DNA of 64,000 bases from Octopus sinensis (taxonomy: Eukaryota). Under the pieces are notes generated by a model. The model had not been told where the DNA came from and ran no database searches. It was given only the letters and a program-made list of their open reading frames with translations. Shown here one piece after another: positions 25,601 to 40,600 of the stretch. The DNA lies in NCBI RefSeq assembly GCF_006345805.1, contig NC_043000.1:103788001-103852000 (forward strand), read 5' to 3'. The position numbers and the translations under genes were made by a program. Position 1 is the first letter of the stretch; each line of letters opens with the position of its first letter.

Positions 25601-28491
25601 CAGATAATTAAAAAAAAACAAAATTTTGTTGATCCTCAATTTACTTCTCTATTTTGATTTAATCTGAGTAGTGAAGCAATCCCCATCCTGAACCAGTGAG
25701 ATCAACGTAGTTGATGTGCATTAGTTTCAACTTCTGTAGGTTTTGTTTTCAGAGGAAAACATGAGCAAGGAGATTCCAGCAGAATTTGGTTATTAAACAA
25801 AAAGATTGAGCAAAGTGTTTAATGAGGCTCTTGAAGAAGAGAAACAGAATAGAGACAGTAAATATATTGTGAGAGAGAGATGAGCTGTTGTGTACCTTGC
25901 TAATTTGATGTTGCTATTATTATTACATTTATTATTTTGCCTCTGGTCAAGCACACCTATGATCAGAGGCTTTCTTATCATGACCATCTCTTCTTTTTGC
26001 ATATGTAGGACTACATTGTTCAATATATTACCTTTGTAAGGCAGTAGTGTGAACTGAACGAGATTAAGCTGCTATTTTTAACAGGCCAAGTGACTGTATA
26101 GAGACTCTTCTGCACTTGAAACCTTGAAAATAAAAAGCTCTTTAGTTTGTTGATTAGAAGTTGACAGACAGTGCAGTGTATGTGTCTTTAATCCAGACAC
26201 ATTCTAACATTCTTGTTCTTGTTTAAGTCAATGGACTATGGGCATGCTTGGGCATTGCCACTAGGTTTATATTTTATTTATTACTTATTTACTTTGAAAA
26301 GCTGTTCTCTTTTCTCTTTGTACCTAAGTACTTGCATTATTTTGTTTATCAATGCCAATAAGAACATATCTTTTATTCTCAGCGGCTTCTGGGTGCTCTA
26401 GAGCTTCTAATAATGGAAAGTATGACCCAGCACGGATTTATGGACGCAAAGCTAGTGAAAGGTGAATATCAGATGATTTATGTGTTGAGGTTTGGCATTG
26501 AAAGAGAAATGATGATGATGGTATGTATGAAAATAATGTTGATGATCATAACAACAGCAATAAAGATAATAATGTTTCATGGTGATTATGTTGATAATCA
26601 TGGAGATGATAATAATGAAGATAATCATGATGATGATGATAATAATAATGATCATTATGATTATAGTGATGGTAATGATCATATTCATGATGGTGATGGT
26701 AATACTGATGAGTGATTGTCTTCATAATAGTAATAGTGATAGAATCAAGGATTATAGTGGTGGTAATACTGCCAATGGTATTTATAATGAAAGTGTTTTT
26801 AAGAGTATATCTATGACACAGAGCTAGCCAATCAACAAAACAAAGCCCATTCAGTTGAAATTCTCTTGATATTATCCTGTCTTTATTGTGGGTTATACTG
26901 TTTTAATATTTTACACCTTAATATTGATACCTAACATTGGCACATGCCCAAAGCTTCAGCAGGAATGAGACACGTAAACAATATAATAAACCTTTTACTT
27001 AGTGGAGACATATTTTATAAACCCTGAAAGGGGAAATGGCATACTCAACATCAGCAATTGAACTTAGAATATCAAGAAATGTAATTAAGTAATGAAAGAC
27101 ATTGAGTTTGACATTGTTTCTGTTTCTCCACCATATTTTGAACATCTTAGTATTATATCTCTATCTCTTCTATAGATCTTTCTAAAACAGTATCAGAATC
27201 CAGTCTAATGTAGTAGTAGTTGTAGATCCAAATAGTCCCTTTAAAAATAATGAATACTTTGGACAAGGTTATTTTCTTGGTGGGTGGAATTGAGAAACAT
27301 TGTTGATTAAGTCAGCCCAAAGGAATTTTCCTTAGTATTTGACATGTATAAGAAAACCAGTCCTATTTGTGGGACCTCCTTTCAGATTAGTGAACCATGC
27401 TATATCATATCTAAAAGAAGAAAAGTATATGAACTGGTAATTCTTCTGTTGATTTGTCTGTAACTCTTGTAGTATCTTACTGCTATTTGTTTTTCATGTT
27501 TACTCAATATGAAAGTGGGCTAGAAAATGAAGTTGGGATATCCAGTGATAATGCCTGTGAAAGTAAGAAATGCTAGTTGCTCATTGGTTGGTAATTAAAA
27601 TCCATTTCACCTATACAGTAAAATAGTATGCAACCAAATAATAAATGTAGCATAGTTTGTAATGAAACAATCACTGTATCATGAAGTAATTGCTCCAAAT
27701 TGATTGGGATAAAGTTCAAATTTAATTATCATGGGATATAAATTCTAAAAAACAAGGTCTAAATTGAAATTTTTTTACCTATCTTGTGTGTGCAATAAAT
27801 GAACTATATATATTGTGTATATATTTTTTGTTTATACATTCAATCTTTTTTACCATTTTTTTTTCATGCAGGCCTGGAAGTGGTACCAAAAAGAAAAAAG
27901 TTACTGCAGTAAGTGGTCATTGTTTATCACCTGGTTAAGATTTTATTTGTATTTTCTTTACTAGCTGTTTCATGACTGAGGATTCAACAGGTTGCCTTTC
28001 AGAAAAATTTGGCTTGAAGTGTTATTGAGCAAGAAACTTCACTTCCATTTGCCTGTAATCTAGAGAAAAGTATGGGTGTCAACAAATTGTAAATGCTTTT
28101 AACTCTTATTTGTTAGAAACTTATTGATGACTCAGTTATTGGGAAACAGTAGAAAATGTTTAGAATATGTTCAATTCTGTCTTTATAGTTTATATTTCCT
28201 CTCTTTCTATCTGTTTTAACAGTCAGAGAGAAAGACACCAGAGAGAACAGTTACACCAAGCAAACAGGTATGGCAATATCAGAAAATTAGATCTATTTAT
28301 ATATATTATAATATGAATTTTGTGAACAATAGTGTTGTTGGTCCTAGCTTCCCAGTGGGCCAATCACTTGTTCACTGCATTCATGATGATAAACTTGACA
28401 ACTCAGGAGTTAATAAATGCCATGCTACTTTTGTTTAACTCACCAATTTATTATCAGTTTCTTTCACTATTGTAAACATTCTTTACTGACT

Positions 28492-28536
<45 letters not shown>

Positions 28537-31500
28537 GCATATTTGTTTGTTTTATATCCATTTTTCCATGCTAGCATAGGTTAGTAGACTATCTTACAGA
28601 TGTATTATTTTTGTGACAAGATCAAATTTTATTACAGCCATTTTGTGATACTCTTGTGCAAACCGCATAAAACTGTTTGCCCCAAATGGCTTCCACTTGT
28701 TTTCTGTAGCACAGATGAGCAATTAGCAGTGGGAAGGACATCCATCTCCAGAAATACTCACTCCAGCAAAACATAAATTTATCAATTTGAAGAAACACCT
28801 TGCCCATGCTAGCATAAAAAGATCGATGTAAAATACTAAAACAAAAATTGTTATTTACTTACTTGCTTATATTTTAATATATCATTATAATACTACTTAT
28901 TATTTCCCTTCTTTTCATAGAGAACACCTGGTATTTCAGCCGTTCGTGGTGCAGGGGACTACAAGAGGTACTATGAAGCCCTTGATAAAATGGACAAAGC
29001 ACGAGTAACCAGGTCACCAAAACCCTCTAATCAAGGTAATCTGAAATTTTGATAAATTAGCTTAGATTTGCCTGAAGTAAACAAGTTACTTTACAGCTAG
29101 CTGTGATTAACAAATTTCTGGAAAATTTACCTCAAACAACAGTAATATATTATTACGAACCTGCCATCGCTCAACTTCGAACCCGTGACCCTACTAAGTC
29201 GAGCGACGACGACGGACCAGCTCAGTCGAACTGGGAATCCGCCACAGAGAGAAAACGGTGGTGGGGGATGGCAGCGAACTCGAACCGGCAACCGGAGATA
29301 ACAACAACAACAACAGGAGGAGGAGAGACAGAGACACGGCGGAAGGCAGTAACTTACATTTAAGAACAGTTTATACAATTATTACAACATCAAATACAAT
29401 GTGAAACATATCAGATACATTAAAGAAAGTAACATGCAACAGAATCAAAAAGAAAACAACAAAGGCATGCACAATACAAGTCCGAAGACAGTCCACGCAA
29501 TATAGTTCGAAACAGTTCAACATTAAAGTCTTTCTCTTTCTTTCTTTTTCTCTTTAACACAATTCACAATGTTCTTTATAATCTCATTTCTTTTCTTCCT
29601 CTTTTCCTTCTCTTTTTTTAACACAATTCTTTTTTTTTTTAGTTCTTTACAACAGATTGCAGCTTACGTCACAATCTCGTTTCTTTTACATTTCACATTA
29701 AAACATAAACAAAACATACCGTTACATTTTCTAGTTACAAACTCCTACTATACAGCAATCCATGCCTTTACGCCGCAATCTCCCTCACCTCCTCAATCCT
29801 CTGTGTATGTCTTTCTCAACGTTGGTGTTGCCTGTCGCTATCCCCACCTTCTTGGCTGACTGTCCATATCACTGCTGTCTTTTGCCAATTCACTGTCTCA
29901 GGCAGAACTGACCTGTTGCCATCTCACTGTCTCAGGCAGAACTGCCAAACTGCCCTGTTGCCATCTCACTGTCTCAGGCAGAACTGCCAAACAAACCCAG
30001 CTGGTCGCATTTTAAAGGGTGGTTTCTTAAACTCTGCTTGACCAGAAAAGGGTCAGAGGTCTCTTCCAAACCCATTAATTTCTCCAGAAACCGACAGGAC
30101 AAAGGCTTTATCCGTCTGCCTGGTGCCAAACCACAAAACCAGGCCACAAGCACTCTGTTTCTCAACTGACCTCCATATCAATATAAATAACACTTCCAAA
30201 GTCAGAGTGGTATGATTATTTTTTATATTAGCACAAGGTAGTAGATTTGTAGGTGGGGATGTAGTTAATTGAACTGATGACTGGAGGATAATGAGATGAA
30301 ATACAAGCCCAGTAAAATTTCAAATTGGAAGTTGAAACTAAATACTATTGGGTATTTCTCCATTCTTCATAATTTCTGCCACTCTGTTCCCTCTACATTC
30401 TGGAAATAATGATTTCTTAGATTAACACACAACCACAAATTTCTAGGGTGTTCATTAAATTGGCTCCAGCCCCTGCTTAATATTTATTTCATCAAGCTCA
30501 GGAGAAGGAACTTCTTTCTCCTTAGCTGTTGCTATAAAGGGATTTGGTAATCTTGTTGGTCTCTCATATCTATCTATCCCTTTGGGAGGATACACCTCTC
30601 AGTCCAGGGCCTTTAGGAAAAGTTGAATGCTTAATCACTAATGTAAATTGAATATTGAACAAGCCAGCAAAGGAGCCTCTACAGGTTTGCTGGACCTGTT
30701 AGAAATAGCTGCTAAATCTTTCTAATCACATTTCTAGCATTTTAATAAAGGGAAGAAATATTAAGCAACACAGTTCTATATGCTCTTAAACGGACAGAAA
30801 GGTTATGGCTGGAATGCTTTCATCATTGGTCTGCTCCATCATGATTCACCTGGTGGTAAACTACTACTACTATTTCTATTACTGCTGCTCCATACATAAT
30901 CAGATCTAAACAACAACTAATTATTGATCAAACTAATTTGGGAGCTTTTTTGTATTGCTCAACAACCTGCTAGAATTAGCAGCTAAATCTTCCTTATTTG
31001 CTTTACTCTCTCAGAAAATAAGCTTTGTGAATTAGTGCAATGGAAAACAAAGTATTCTACCCTGAATTGCAGTTTAATTGAATTCCTAATCTATGAGCAG
31101 ATTATCCAATACTTTATCCACTTAACCACATTGCCTTTAAAGGCCCAAAGATGAGGTAGATACAGATTGACAACCTTTCATCTGGAAATTTAACATTCTG
31201 TCAATTCAGCTAATTGCAATTCTATACTGGTGAATGTGTGACTCAAAATGCAGAAAATTATCTCTTTTATTCATCTAAACGATGAATTTATTAATCTATT
31301 TATTTACAATTTTGCTTTTTCTTTACAGCATGGTACATGAATCAAGCTCGACATAAACCATTAAATGTCTTAGGAGGAAAAGCTGTTAGTCCTAGGTCAG
31401 CTGTTTTGTTTCTTATTATAAAAAAAAATGTTTGATGTTAAAAGTATAAAATTTTGTCATTAGAGAAACATTTGGTCTATATATTAAAAGAAAGACATAA

Positions 31501-34500
31501 TAGCTGTGAGGTCAAAGAGCTAAGTTACTGAACACATGTTCATGAGTTCTAAGTTTAGTACATAAACCTCCTGCTAACAGGTATAACCTTTTGATGTTTA
31601 ATACATTAAATATGTTAACATTAAATTACCAGTTATTAATGAGATAGGCACAAGTATGGCTGTGTGGTAAGAAGCTTGCTTCCCAACCACATGGCTCTGG
31701 GTTGTCTCATTGTGTGGTACCTTGAGCAAGTGCCTTCTATTATAGTCCCTGTTTCATCAAAGCTTTGTGAGTGGATTTAATTGACAAACTGAAAGAAGCC
31801 TGTCATGTGCATATGAGTGTGTGAAGTTGTGTGATTTAGTGGTCAGGGTATTTGACCCATGATCTTAAGGTCATGAGTTCAATTCCTCACAGCATGTTGT
31901 GCTCCTTGGGAAAAACTCTTTATTTCATGTTGCTCCTGTTCTCTTAGCTGGCAAAAATGAATTGTACCTGTAATTCAAAGGGCCAGCCATATCACATTTT
32001 GTGTCACACTGAATCTCCTTGAGAACTACATTAAGAGTATGCATCTTTGTGGAGTATTCATCCACTTGCACATTAATTAAACAAGTAGGCTGTTCCATTG
32101 ATCGGTTCAACTGGAACATTTGTTGTTGTAACCAACAGAGTGCCAGTTAGATGTGAGTATGCATTACAGTCTCCTTGCTTTGACATTGCATGGTAGTTGA
32201 GAGTCATCATCATACAAGCAGTGTCCTTCATTTCCATTCTTCTGTGAAAAACATGTCTGGTCATGTGGAAATATCACCTTGCTTTGGAAACAGGCAAGGG
32301 TTGGTGACAGAAAGGGCATGTGGCCATAGAAAACCTGCCTCAACAAGTTCCATTTGACCCATGCAAGCATGGAAAAGTGGACATAAAGAACAATGGTGAT
32401 AATGATATATTTCTAAGAGCCAGCGCTTTCCTCCAGTTTAGAGCATGGTGTTAACAGGGTAACAGATATATTAGTCTGTACATACTGAATAAGTAAACTA
32501 TGGCACAGTGATGGCAGAATTGGTTTTAACTTGCATAGAGTGGTGAGCATCAACAATCTATTTTTAAAAACTTGTTTTCCCTTGCCTTGTACCATCAGTT
32601 CTTAATGTAGTGGTAGGGATACTGTCATGACATACAGTGTGTCTTGAGCATCTAATCTTGGTGGATCCCATTCCTCTCTAGAATATAATGAGGAAAAGGC
32701 AACATTAGCTCAGTGATGTACTTTAACAAAAAAGTGACCTTAACCATATTCATTTTGTTATGTTGACTTAGAGTGGCCTAATTATAGATGCAGTCTCAGC
32801 AAGATTGTTTCAATACAAAGGAGACTAAACTATCTCTTTTGAAAATTTGTTCCAAAATTCACTTACTATTTACAAAAATATCCATAAATAAATTTTCTCT
32901 TTTAATCATAGGAACAGGTTCAGTCCTACACCTTGCCAAAGTAGAATTGTCTCTGATTTTCATCAACGTAGAGCTGATGCTGCTCGTAACAAGTTAAAGG
33001 TTCAGGTAAGAACTATATTCAATTTGACTCTTATTAAATCCACTTTGTACTTAGTCAACATCTGACAAAAGAATTTACTGATTTATTGTAGACTTAGTAT
33101 TTTCTATTTTTGTAACTTTAGAAATCCCTTCATCCTTGATTATTTCAGTTTAATGCTGTGTAAAAAAAAAAATGAACAGGCACAAATGTGTGGTAAGAAG
33201 TTTGTTTCCCAACCACATGATTCTGGGTTCAGTCCCACAGCATGATGCCTTGGGAAAGTATCTTTTACTATAGCCCAGGGCCAACCAAAGCCTTATGAGT
33301 GGATTTGATTGATGGAAACTAAAAGAAGTCCATTGTGTGTGTGTGTACTTGTGTGTCTTTATGTTTGATTGTCCCCCACTACTGCTTAACAACAGACATT
33401 GTTTTCTTGACATCCCCATAACTTAGTGGTTCGGTAAAAAGAGAACAATAAAATAAATACCAGACTTAAATAAAAACTTGGATCAATTTGTTCAACTAAA
33501 CCTTTTAAGATGCTGTCCCAGCATGGCCATGGTCCATGGACTGAAAAAAGTAAAAGATAAAAGTCCTAATCACTGATTAAGTAGTTTTTCATTTAAATGA
33601 GGGTGAAATGTAGACAATATCTTGAAATCTGTTTATGATTTAGTGCCATTGCTCTTTCATGTTAAGTCTGGGAAAGCTGAATCTTTCTTTCGATTCCCAG
33701 ACTGGGCTGTGTGTGGCGTTCTTAAGCAAGACACTTTATTTTACATTGCTCCAGTTCACTCAGCTGTAGAAATGAGTTATGACATAACTCATTCAGACTT
33801 CTTCAAGCCTTTTCTTTTTTTCTGTAATTCTTATATTCTATATTTTATGCTGTTTTAAGTTATTCTCCTCTATTCAAGTTTTTTTTGTTTGCCTTCTAAA
33901 ATAGAATGTCCCTGAAGACAACATATATAAAAGTAGTACCTATTTGATTGTCAATCTCTCTTTCAGCTTGTACAACTCTCAATGGTATTTGTACACAATA
34001 CAATACTATAACTATCTGTCAGCCTAATAATGTTTTCTGTTTTTATTTTTTTTTTCTTCTTTTTTTGTACAGGGCCAGAAATTTGCACTGCCAGACCAAT
34101 CACACAGTAAGTAATTTTACAATAACTATTGTTTTTGTTCCCCAGACAATTCACATAGTTGTTACCTTACTGTAACTACTGTTTTGTAATCCCCAAGGTA
34201 AAACTTGCCCTTGTCTTATTCTTTCCTGCCTGACAAGTACTTACAGTACTTTAGAGTTGACAGGGCCAGCAATAGAAAGGGTTATTTTCCCTTTTTCAAC
34301 TTGAATGAAATTTAATAGACAGTGTGTGTGTGTGCTTCAGGGGTGGGTGTGACATGATCTAGCCACAATGTTTTGCTTTTTTGTAATTCATAACTAACAA
34401 AGGTGGGACTTAGGCCAAGAAAAACCTGGAGGAATATAGTTAAATCAGATTAAAGGACTAAATTATTTAGATAAGCTATTATGAAGAGCCTTACTATTTA

Positions 34501-34586
34501 TTATCAGAATGAATAGTAAACTATCAATGAATATATATACGCATTAAATTTATATATGTACATATATACACATTATATATATACAA

Positions 34587-34627
<41 letters not shown>

Positions 34628-34631
34628 TATA

Positions 34632-34693
<62 letters not shown>

Positions 34694-37600
34694 TAATAGA
34701 GATATATGCACTTTGTATATGTACATTATATATACATATTTATATATAGAACACACACACATATAAATTAACCCAATAAATATCTGATTCATAATATTTG
34801 TTCTCATGATTGTGTGGTGGTGGTGGTGGCGATAATAATTCTCTCTGAATGCAGACAGACGTAGAGAGAGAGAGAGAGAGGATGTAGGAGAAAGAGTCAC
34901 AGCGCTGGCAAAGGCGGAGGCGGAAAGATAGTAGACACTGTCAAACGTCGTTATAGATAGAAAGTGAAGGTAAGGGAGGAAAGAGAGAGAGAGACGGAGG
35001 AAGACAGGCAGATAAGAAAATGAGAGAAGCGAGAAAAACTTGTCAAAGTGTGGCGTTTTTGCCCTAGTAACCACAGCGTTTGAGATAGGGATTTCTATCC
35101 TAGCCCACTCACATCCTAACCTCATTTTACATGTCCCTGTAAATTTTGGAGTGAATCCGACGGGATCTAGTGCCCTTTAACCTGTTCCAATGCCCAAACC
35201 AGACAAACAAACAAACTTTTCGCATTTCAAATTTATAGATATTGATTTTATGTTGTCATATGATGCCTCCATCTTTTATGCTGACTTTACCATGTTCTAT
35301 GTATTTCACTCTATTCACTTTGTTTTAAAACTCATTTCCTCTTTGTTTTCTCTTCTTGATTTTCCATCTCTTTAGATTTCTTTTTTTCTTCTCACTTCTG
35401 AGGAGGGTGAGTAAGTAATTTTTCTTTGTGAGTAAATTTAACTTTTTTTTCTTTCAGCACCCTCACCTAGGAATGCCATACTTCATGGTACCACTGCTCA
35501 GAAGAGGCAACAACAGGAGAAGGTAATTAGTTTTCATCTTAGTGTTCTATTATAATCCCATTCCCATCTAGGAATATTAAATCAGCTCTCAGCATTTGAC
35601 TGATTCTTTATTTATTTGACCTTGAAAGTGGTAACTGATGGATAACTTATGGATATGATTTAAAGTTTGATATATTAGAATGAGCTATTTCAAACCTGGC
35701 TATAATTAGTTACTTTTGATTAATGAATCTAGACATTTCAATGGAAGGATTGGAAGATTGAGATTACTTAATATTTTAGAAAGACAATTGCCTGTGTTAT
35801 CATAATTGTGAACTGTTCTCCTAATGTTATAGTCTTAGTGTTTAGAGAGCAAGTGAAGATGTTATTAAATTGTTATAGTAAAAATTATATTTGTTGTTGT
35901 TGGCTCTCCCTAGAGATAGATTGATGTTTCTAACAGCAGCAAGCTAGAGCATTTCATATGATTCAGGGCTTAGATTATATTTCCTATTAAAAAAATTTGC
36001 AAGTTAGTTGAGGATGCATATTTTGTGAATTTTAAAGCATAAATGAAATGAAAGAAAGAAATAGGTATGAAAGACATCAACCAGTGTGTGCAGGAGGGGT
36101 TATATACTGTAAATGATACAATAAATTCTGAATGGAAAATGCTACATGTTGTTAATGGAAAGTGTCTGTTATAAGGGAAGATGTCTTGAGGTTCGATTTC
36201 ACGATGATGACATAAAAGAAGATTAACTGAACTGAAAACGACCAGTCCCAGCCAGCATGGTAAAAAATATTAATGAGGATGATAAGCTACTATGTAAAAA
36301 TACCCTTGTTGGGTTGTATAAATTATAGTTTGCTCTATAGCTATTTTATATCACAGGTAGTGAACAATAGCATCATTGGTTACAGGTTTCTAATGGGTCA
36401 ATCTCTGGTTCAGAGTATTCCTCATGGTAAAGTGACAAGGGTGTATCTGGGCTTCATTTGAGGAGCATCAGCAAAAGATATAACATACATAACAGGCACA
36501 TACCATAACTAAATTCTCAGGTTAGACAGTAGTCCTTCATAAAGGAGGTTGCCAACAAAAAATCAAATCACTATGTGATACTATCATCATCATTTACTGT
36601 CCACTTTTCTATGCCTGCATTGTTTAGACAGAATTTGTTGAGGTAGATTTTCTACAGTTGGATGCCCTTCCTGCCACCAACTTTCACCTCTTTCCAAGCA
36701 AGGTAATATTTTTCCAGAGTTAGGCGCGGGTATGGCTGTGTGGTTAGGGAGCTTGCTTCCTAACTACATGGTTTCGGGTTCAGTCCCACTTCGTGGCACT
36801 TTGGGTAGGTGTCTTCCGCTATAGCCCCGAGCCGACCGGAGCTTTGTGATTGAATTCGGTAGGCGGGAGTTACTGCCGTGTGTGTATGTGTGCATATAGC
36901 TGCTCAGTGCCTCTCCGAAAGAGAGAGAGGGAGATATGTTTTACTCAGGATACTGGAAGCAAAGAACCTCATTTACTCACTTGCAATCATCACAAAATGC
37001 CTAGACAAAGATATGCATAAGCATACACACATCATTCATACATACATTCATGCATGAATGGTAGGTTCCTTTCAATTTCTTTCTACAAATTTCACTCACA
37101 AGGTATTGGTCAACCTGTTACTATTGTAGAGAACACCAGCTGACAACATCCACATAGTGCAACTTGACCAACCCCTAACCATGTGGTTCTAAAGTGTACA
37201 TATTAACCACATAGTCATGTCTGCATCTATAAGATTATTTGAGAAACTGGAATTCAAGGAGGAGGCCTTTTTTTTTTCTTGCCAATTCTGGAGCACTGCA
37301 ACAACTACAAAACACTATAACATTAGACCAAGAACCAACCCCACCCTCTTCAGCTTAGCATTCTTTGAAACTGACCTATTGGAGTTGGTTACTAGCATCA
37401 GGCATAGCTGTGTGGTTGAGAAGTTTGCTTTCCATCTACATAGTTCCAGGTTCAGTCTCCCTATGTGGCAATTGTCTTCTACTAAAGCTCAGGGCTACCC
37501 AAAGCCTTGTGAGTGGATTTGGTAGAACGAAATTGAATGAAGCCTGTCGTGTGTGTCTATATATATATCTGTGTATGTATGTGTGTGTGTACCCTTGTCT

Positions 37601-40600
37601 GGACATCATGTGATGGTCATAAGTGAGCATCATTGTCAAATAAGCGTGACTGTTCATTCCCAGTCTTTCATAAAAATCATGTCTGACCCCAGAGAAATAT
37701 TATCATGTTTGGAAACAGGTGAAGGTTGGTGAATCCAGCTGAAGAATGTTTGCTTCAACAAATTCTGCTTGTTCTGTGCAAGCATGGAAAATTAGGTGTT
37801 AAATGATGATGATGATGATGATTTTGAACCCAACATTAAGAAGACTACCTCTAATTACTTTTTTTATGTACCCTGATGTGACAGACAACTTACATTAATA
37901 GATATTCACTTTCATTTGAATGTTATTTTGTTTTGAAGACTATGATACTTAAAAAATTATTTACTTCATTTTTTTATTCATGTCTTTTCAGGAATATCTT
38001 TTACACATTCAGAAAATAGCTGAGGAAAATTTCCAGGAAAGGCAGAAACTATACCGAGAAGTATGTTTAATGATTATAGATTACATATAGCAAAAATTCA
38101 GTATTCAAAGAATTATATTTAGAACATATGCAATCCTGCTGTGGAATAAATCATAAAGGGTGGTGTACTCTAAATACTTGGGAAAATGGTATAAATGATT
38201 GAAAAATTGGTTTCATTGTTATTATCTTGAATAGCAAATGCAGTGTGGAAGATATAAGTTAGCCATTGAGAAACACACAAAGACTGTTAACTTCACTTAA
38301 ACAGTTATTTGTAATATGGTGTTAAAATTTTCATACACCCGTGGACATGTTTACAAAGTCAGAAAACAGCACAGCTCCCATGACTTTCGGAAACATTTTT
38401 TCACGCTAAGAGTTGCTGAAGCATGGAACAGACTGCCGGCATCAGTTGTTAGTTGTCAGAGCACTGCATCCTTCAAAACTTCCATGCTTCCTGAGATTCG
38501 CCAACGCTACACCTGATTTTCTCCCCTCCATACACGCAAGCATGTATCTGACTCATACACTGTTCACTTTCCAGACATTTGTACATTACTGCATATATTT
38601 TATATACACTGTTTGACAAGTTGTGGTGCACCTGAGCACTGTATACAATAATTTCATTATTATTATTATACTATAGCTCCAGGCCAACCAAAACCTTGTC
38701 TATGAATTTGGTAAACAGCAATTGAAAGAAGCCTGTTTTGTGTGTGTATGTGTATGTGTGTGCATGCATGTGTTTGTATGTTGTGTGTGCATGCACATGC
38801 ATGCATGTGTTTGTGTGAGTGAATTCATATTTACTTCAGCTTCACATGTATTTGCACACTTCTTGTAAACAATGGTTTCTCTGACAGTGTTGTTTGCTTA
38901 CAGTCTATCACAAAAAGACATGCAGACTCCTTGACACATTGACATATTTCGACATGTTGCCTGATCTTTGTAAACAAAAGGCTCATTTACATGGTGTTGT
39001 TTGTTTCCAGTTCTCCACATACACATGTCCAGGCTGCTTGTTGTTCAGTAGTCTGGCAGACTGTTACTTTGCCAAGAAACAAGTGGGGTTGGCAATAGAA
39101 AGGACATCTGACTGTAGGAAACTCTTCTCCAAGTTGCTCTCATCTGACTCATGCAAGCATGGAAAAGTGGATGTTAAACTGATGCTGAGTCAGAAGAAAG
39201 TACTGCACCCACACCCTTTGCAGACCCTCCAAAACTTCTGAGATTGATACAAATGAGGTTCATCTTGAGCAGCTACAAGTTGACAGCTTAAACTCCTTTT
39301 AAAGTGGAGAGTTAAAAATATATTGTATATCACCATCGTTGTTACCTCTGGTTTTATTAAAACATATTTCTCTATCATCATCATCATCATCATCATAATA
39401 ATGACCATAAAACTTTTGGCCAGACCTAACTAATTAGTTCTATTTATAAAATAAAACCCCCACAAAACAACAGTCATCATCCACATGAAAATCTATTGAT
39501 AAGTATAGGAGAATATATTTAATACAGATCATCAAAAATCTATTAGAATTACTCATGTGGAGAAGTTTTATAAAATTGAAACATATCTGGAGTTGTCTCC
39601 CATACTTAAAATTATTAAAATATTAGTAATTTGTCAGTTACTGAGTAGTCTATCCTGCTAGTGCTAAATGACTAACAAATAAAATAACAAACACATTATA
39701 GTACCTAGTTAGGGTATCTGAACTGGCTGGTGAACTTTAGTGGTTGTGTTCCATCAATAAACCATATCTTTTCTGTCTCAAAATCTCTAAGTTAATTGCT
39801 GTGCTTGATTTATGGAAAATATGGTTTTACTGGAAAGAAAACAACACACTTAAACCTGTCTTTAATGTTGTATCCAAATGCTTAAACCATGTCAGAAACA
39901 CAAATATTACTCTCATAGGTTAACTAATCTTGTCCAAAATATTCTAGAATTTTTAGCAGGAAATTTATTTATGTTTCCCTAGATGATGTAGCTTGCTAAG
40001 ATTATTTTTTTCATGCGTGAATTATTGTTCAAATCTTTATTTTCTTTGATTTTTCCAGCAAAAATCAAATTTGAAACAAAAAGAGTAAGTATATTTAATA
40101 TTTTTATGTTTTTCTGACTTTAAATTTAATTTATTACTTCTTGACTGATAAGGTAGTTCCATAAAATATATATGCTTAATTTACTGTTGATTTCATAAAC
40201 ATGAAATCAGTAACTTTCATTCTAAAGTATACCCTGGATATGAATGTTGAAATATGAACAGAAGTTTTATAAAATGTGAACAGGAATATGAACAGAAGTT
40301 TCATGAAATAGGAAATATCCCTAAATATCATGGTTTAAAGAGGTATTGTAGATAGCAGAGGTTCTAATAAAGTCCTGTTCCAAAATACCATAACCTACAT
40401 GATATAGTGGTATTACTGTCCTGTTGAAGCATTAAGTGGATGAGTGATAAATAAATATCCACCTGGATAGAATGCTAGTGTACTGTTGATAGATATTAAC
40501 CACAAGTAGAACTGAACTCTGCACTGCTCTGCAAGCCAATGAATCACTTATCCAATCAACAGTATTGCTATTATTGGAGGCTGTAAGTTATTGATAGTCT

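Noticed and set aside
26413-26827. D/N/H- and I/M-rich ORFs
   Set aside because: Arise from a degenerate (GAT/AAT)n tract; the real exon ends at 26461 in another frame
29891-29991. Short direct repeats with variable spacers (CRISPR-like look)
   Set aside because: Only three copies, spacers are related to each other, eukaryotic LTR-like context, no cas genes
34550-35125. 191-aa minus-strand ORF
   Set aside because: Mostly AT/AC/CT microsatellite translation with no domain-like sequence
36722-36800. tRNA gene
   Set aside because: A/B boxes belong to a SINE head; no cloverleaf and it continues into SINE body
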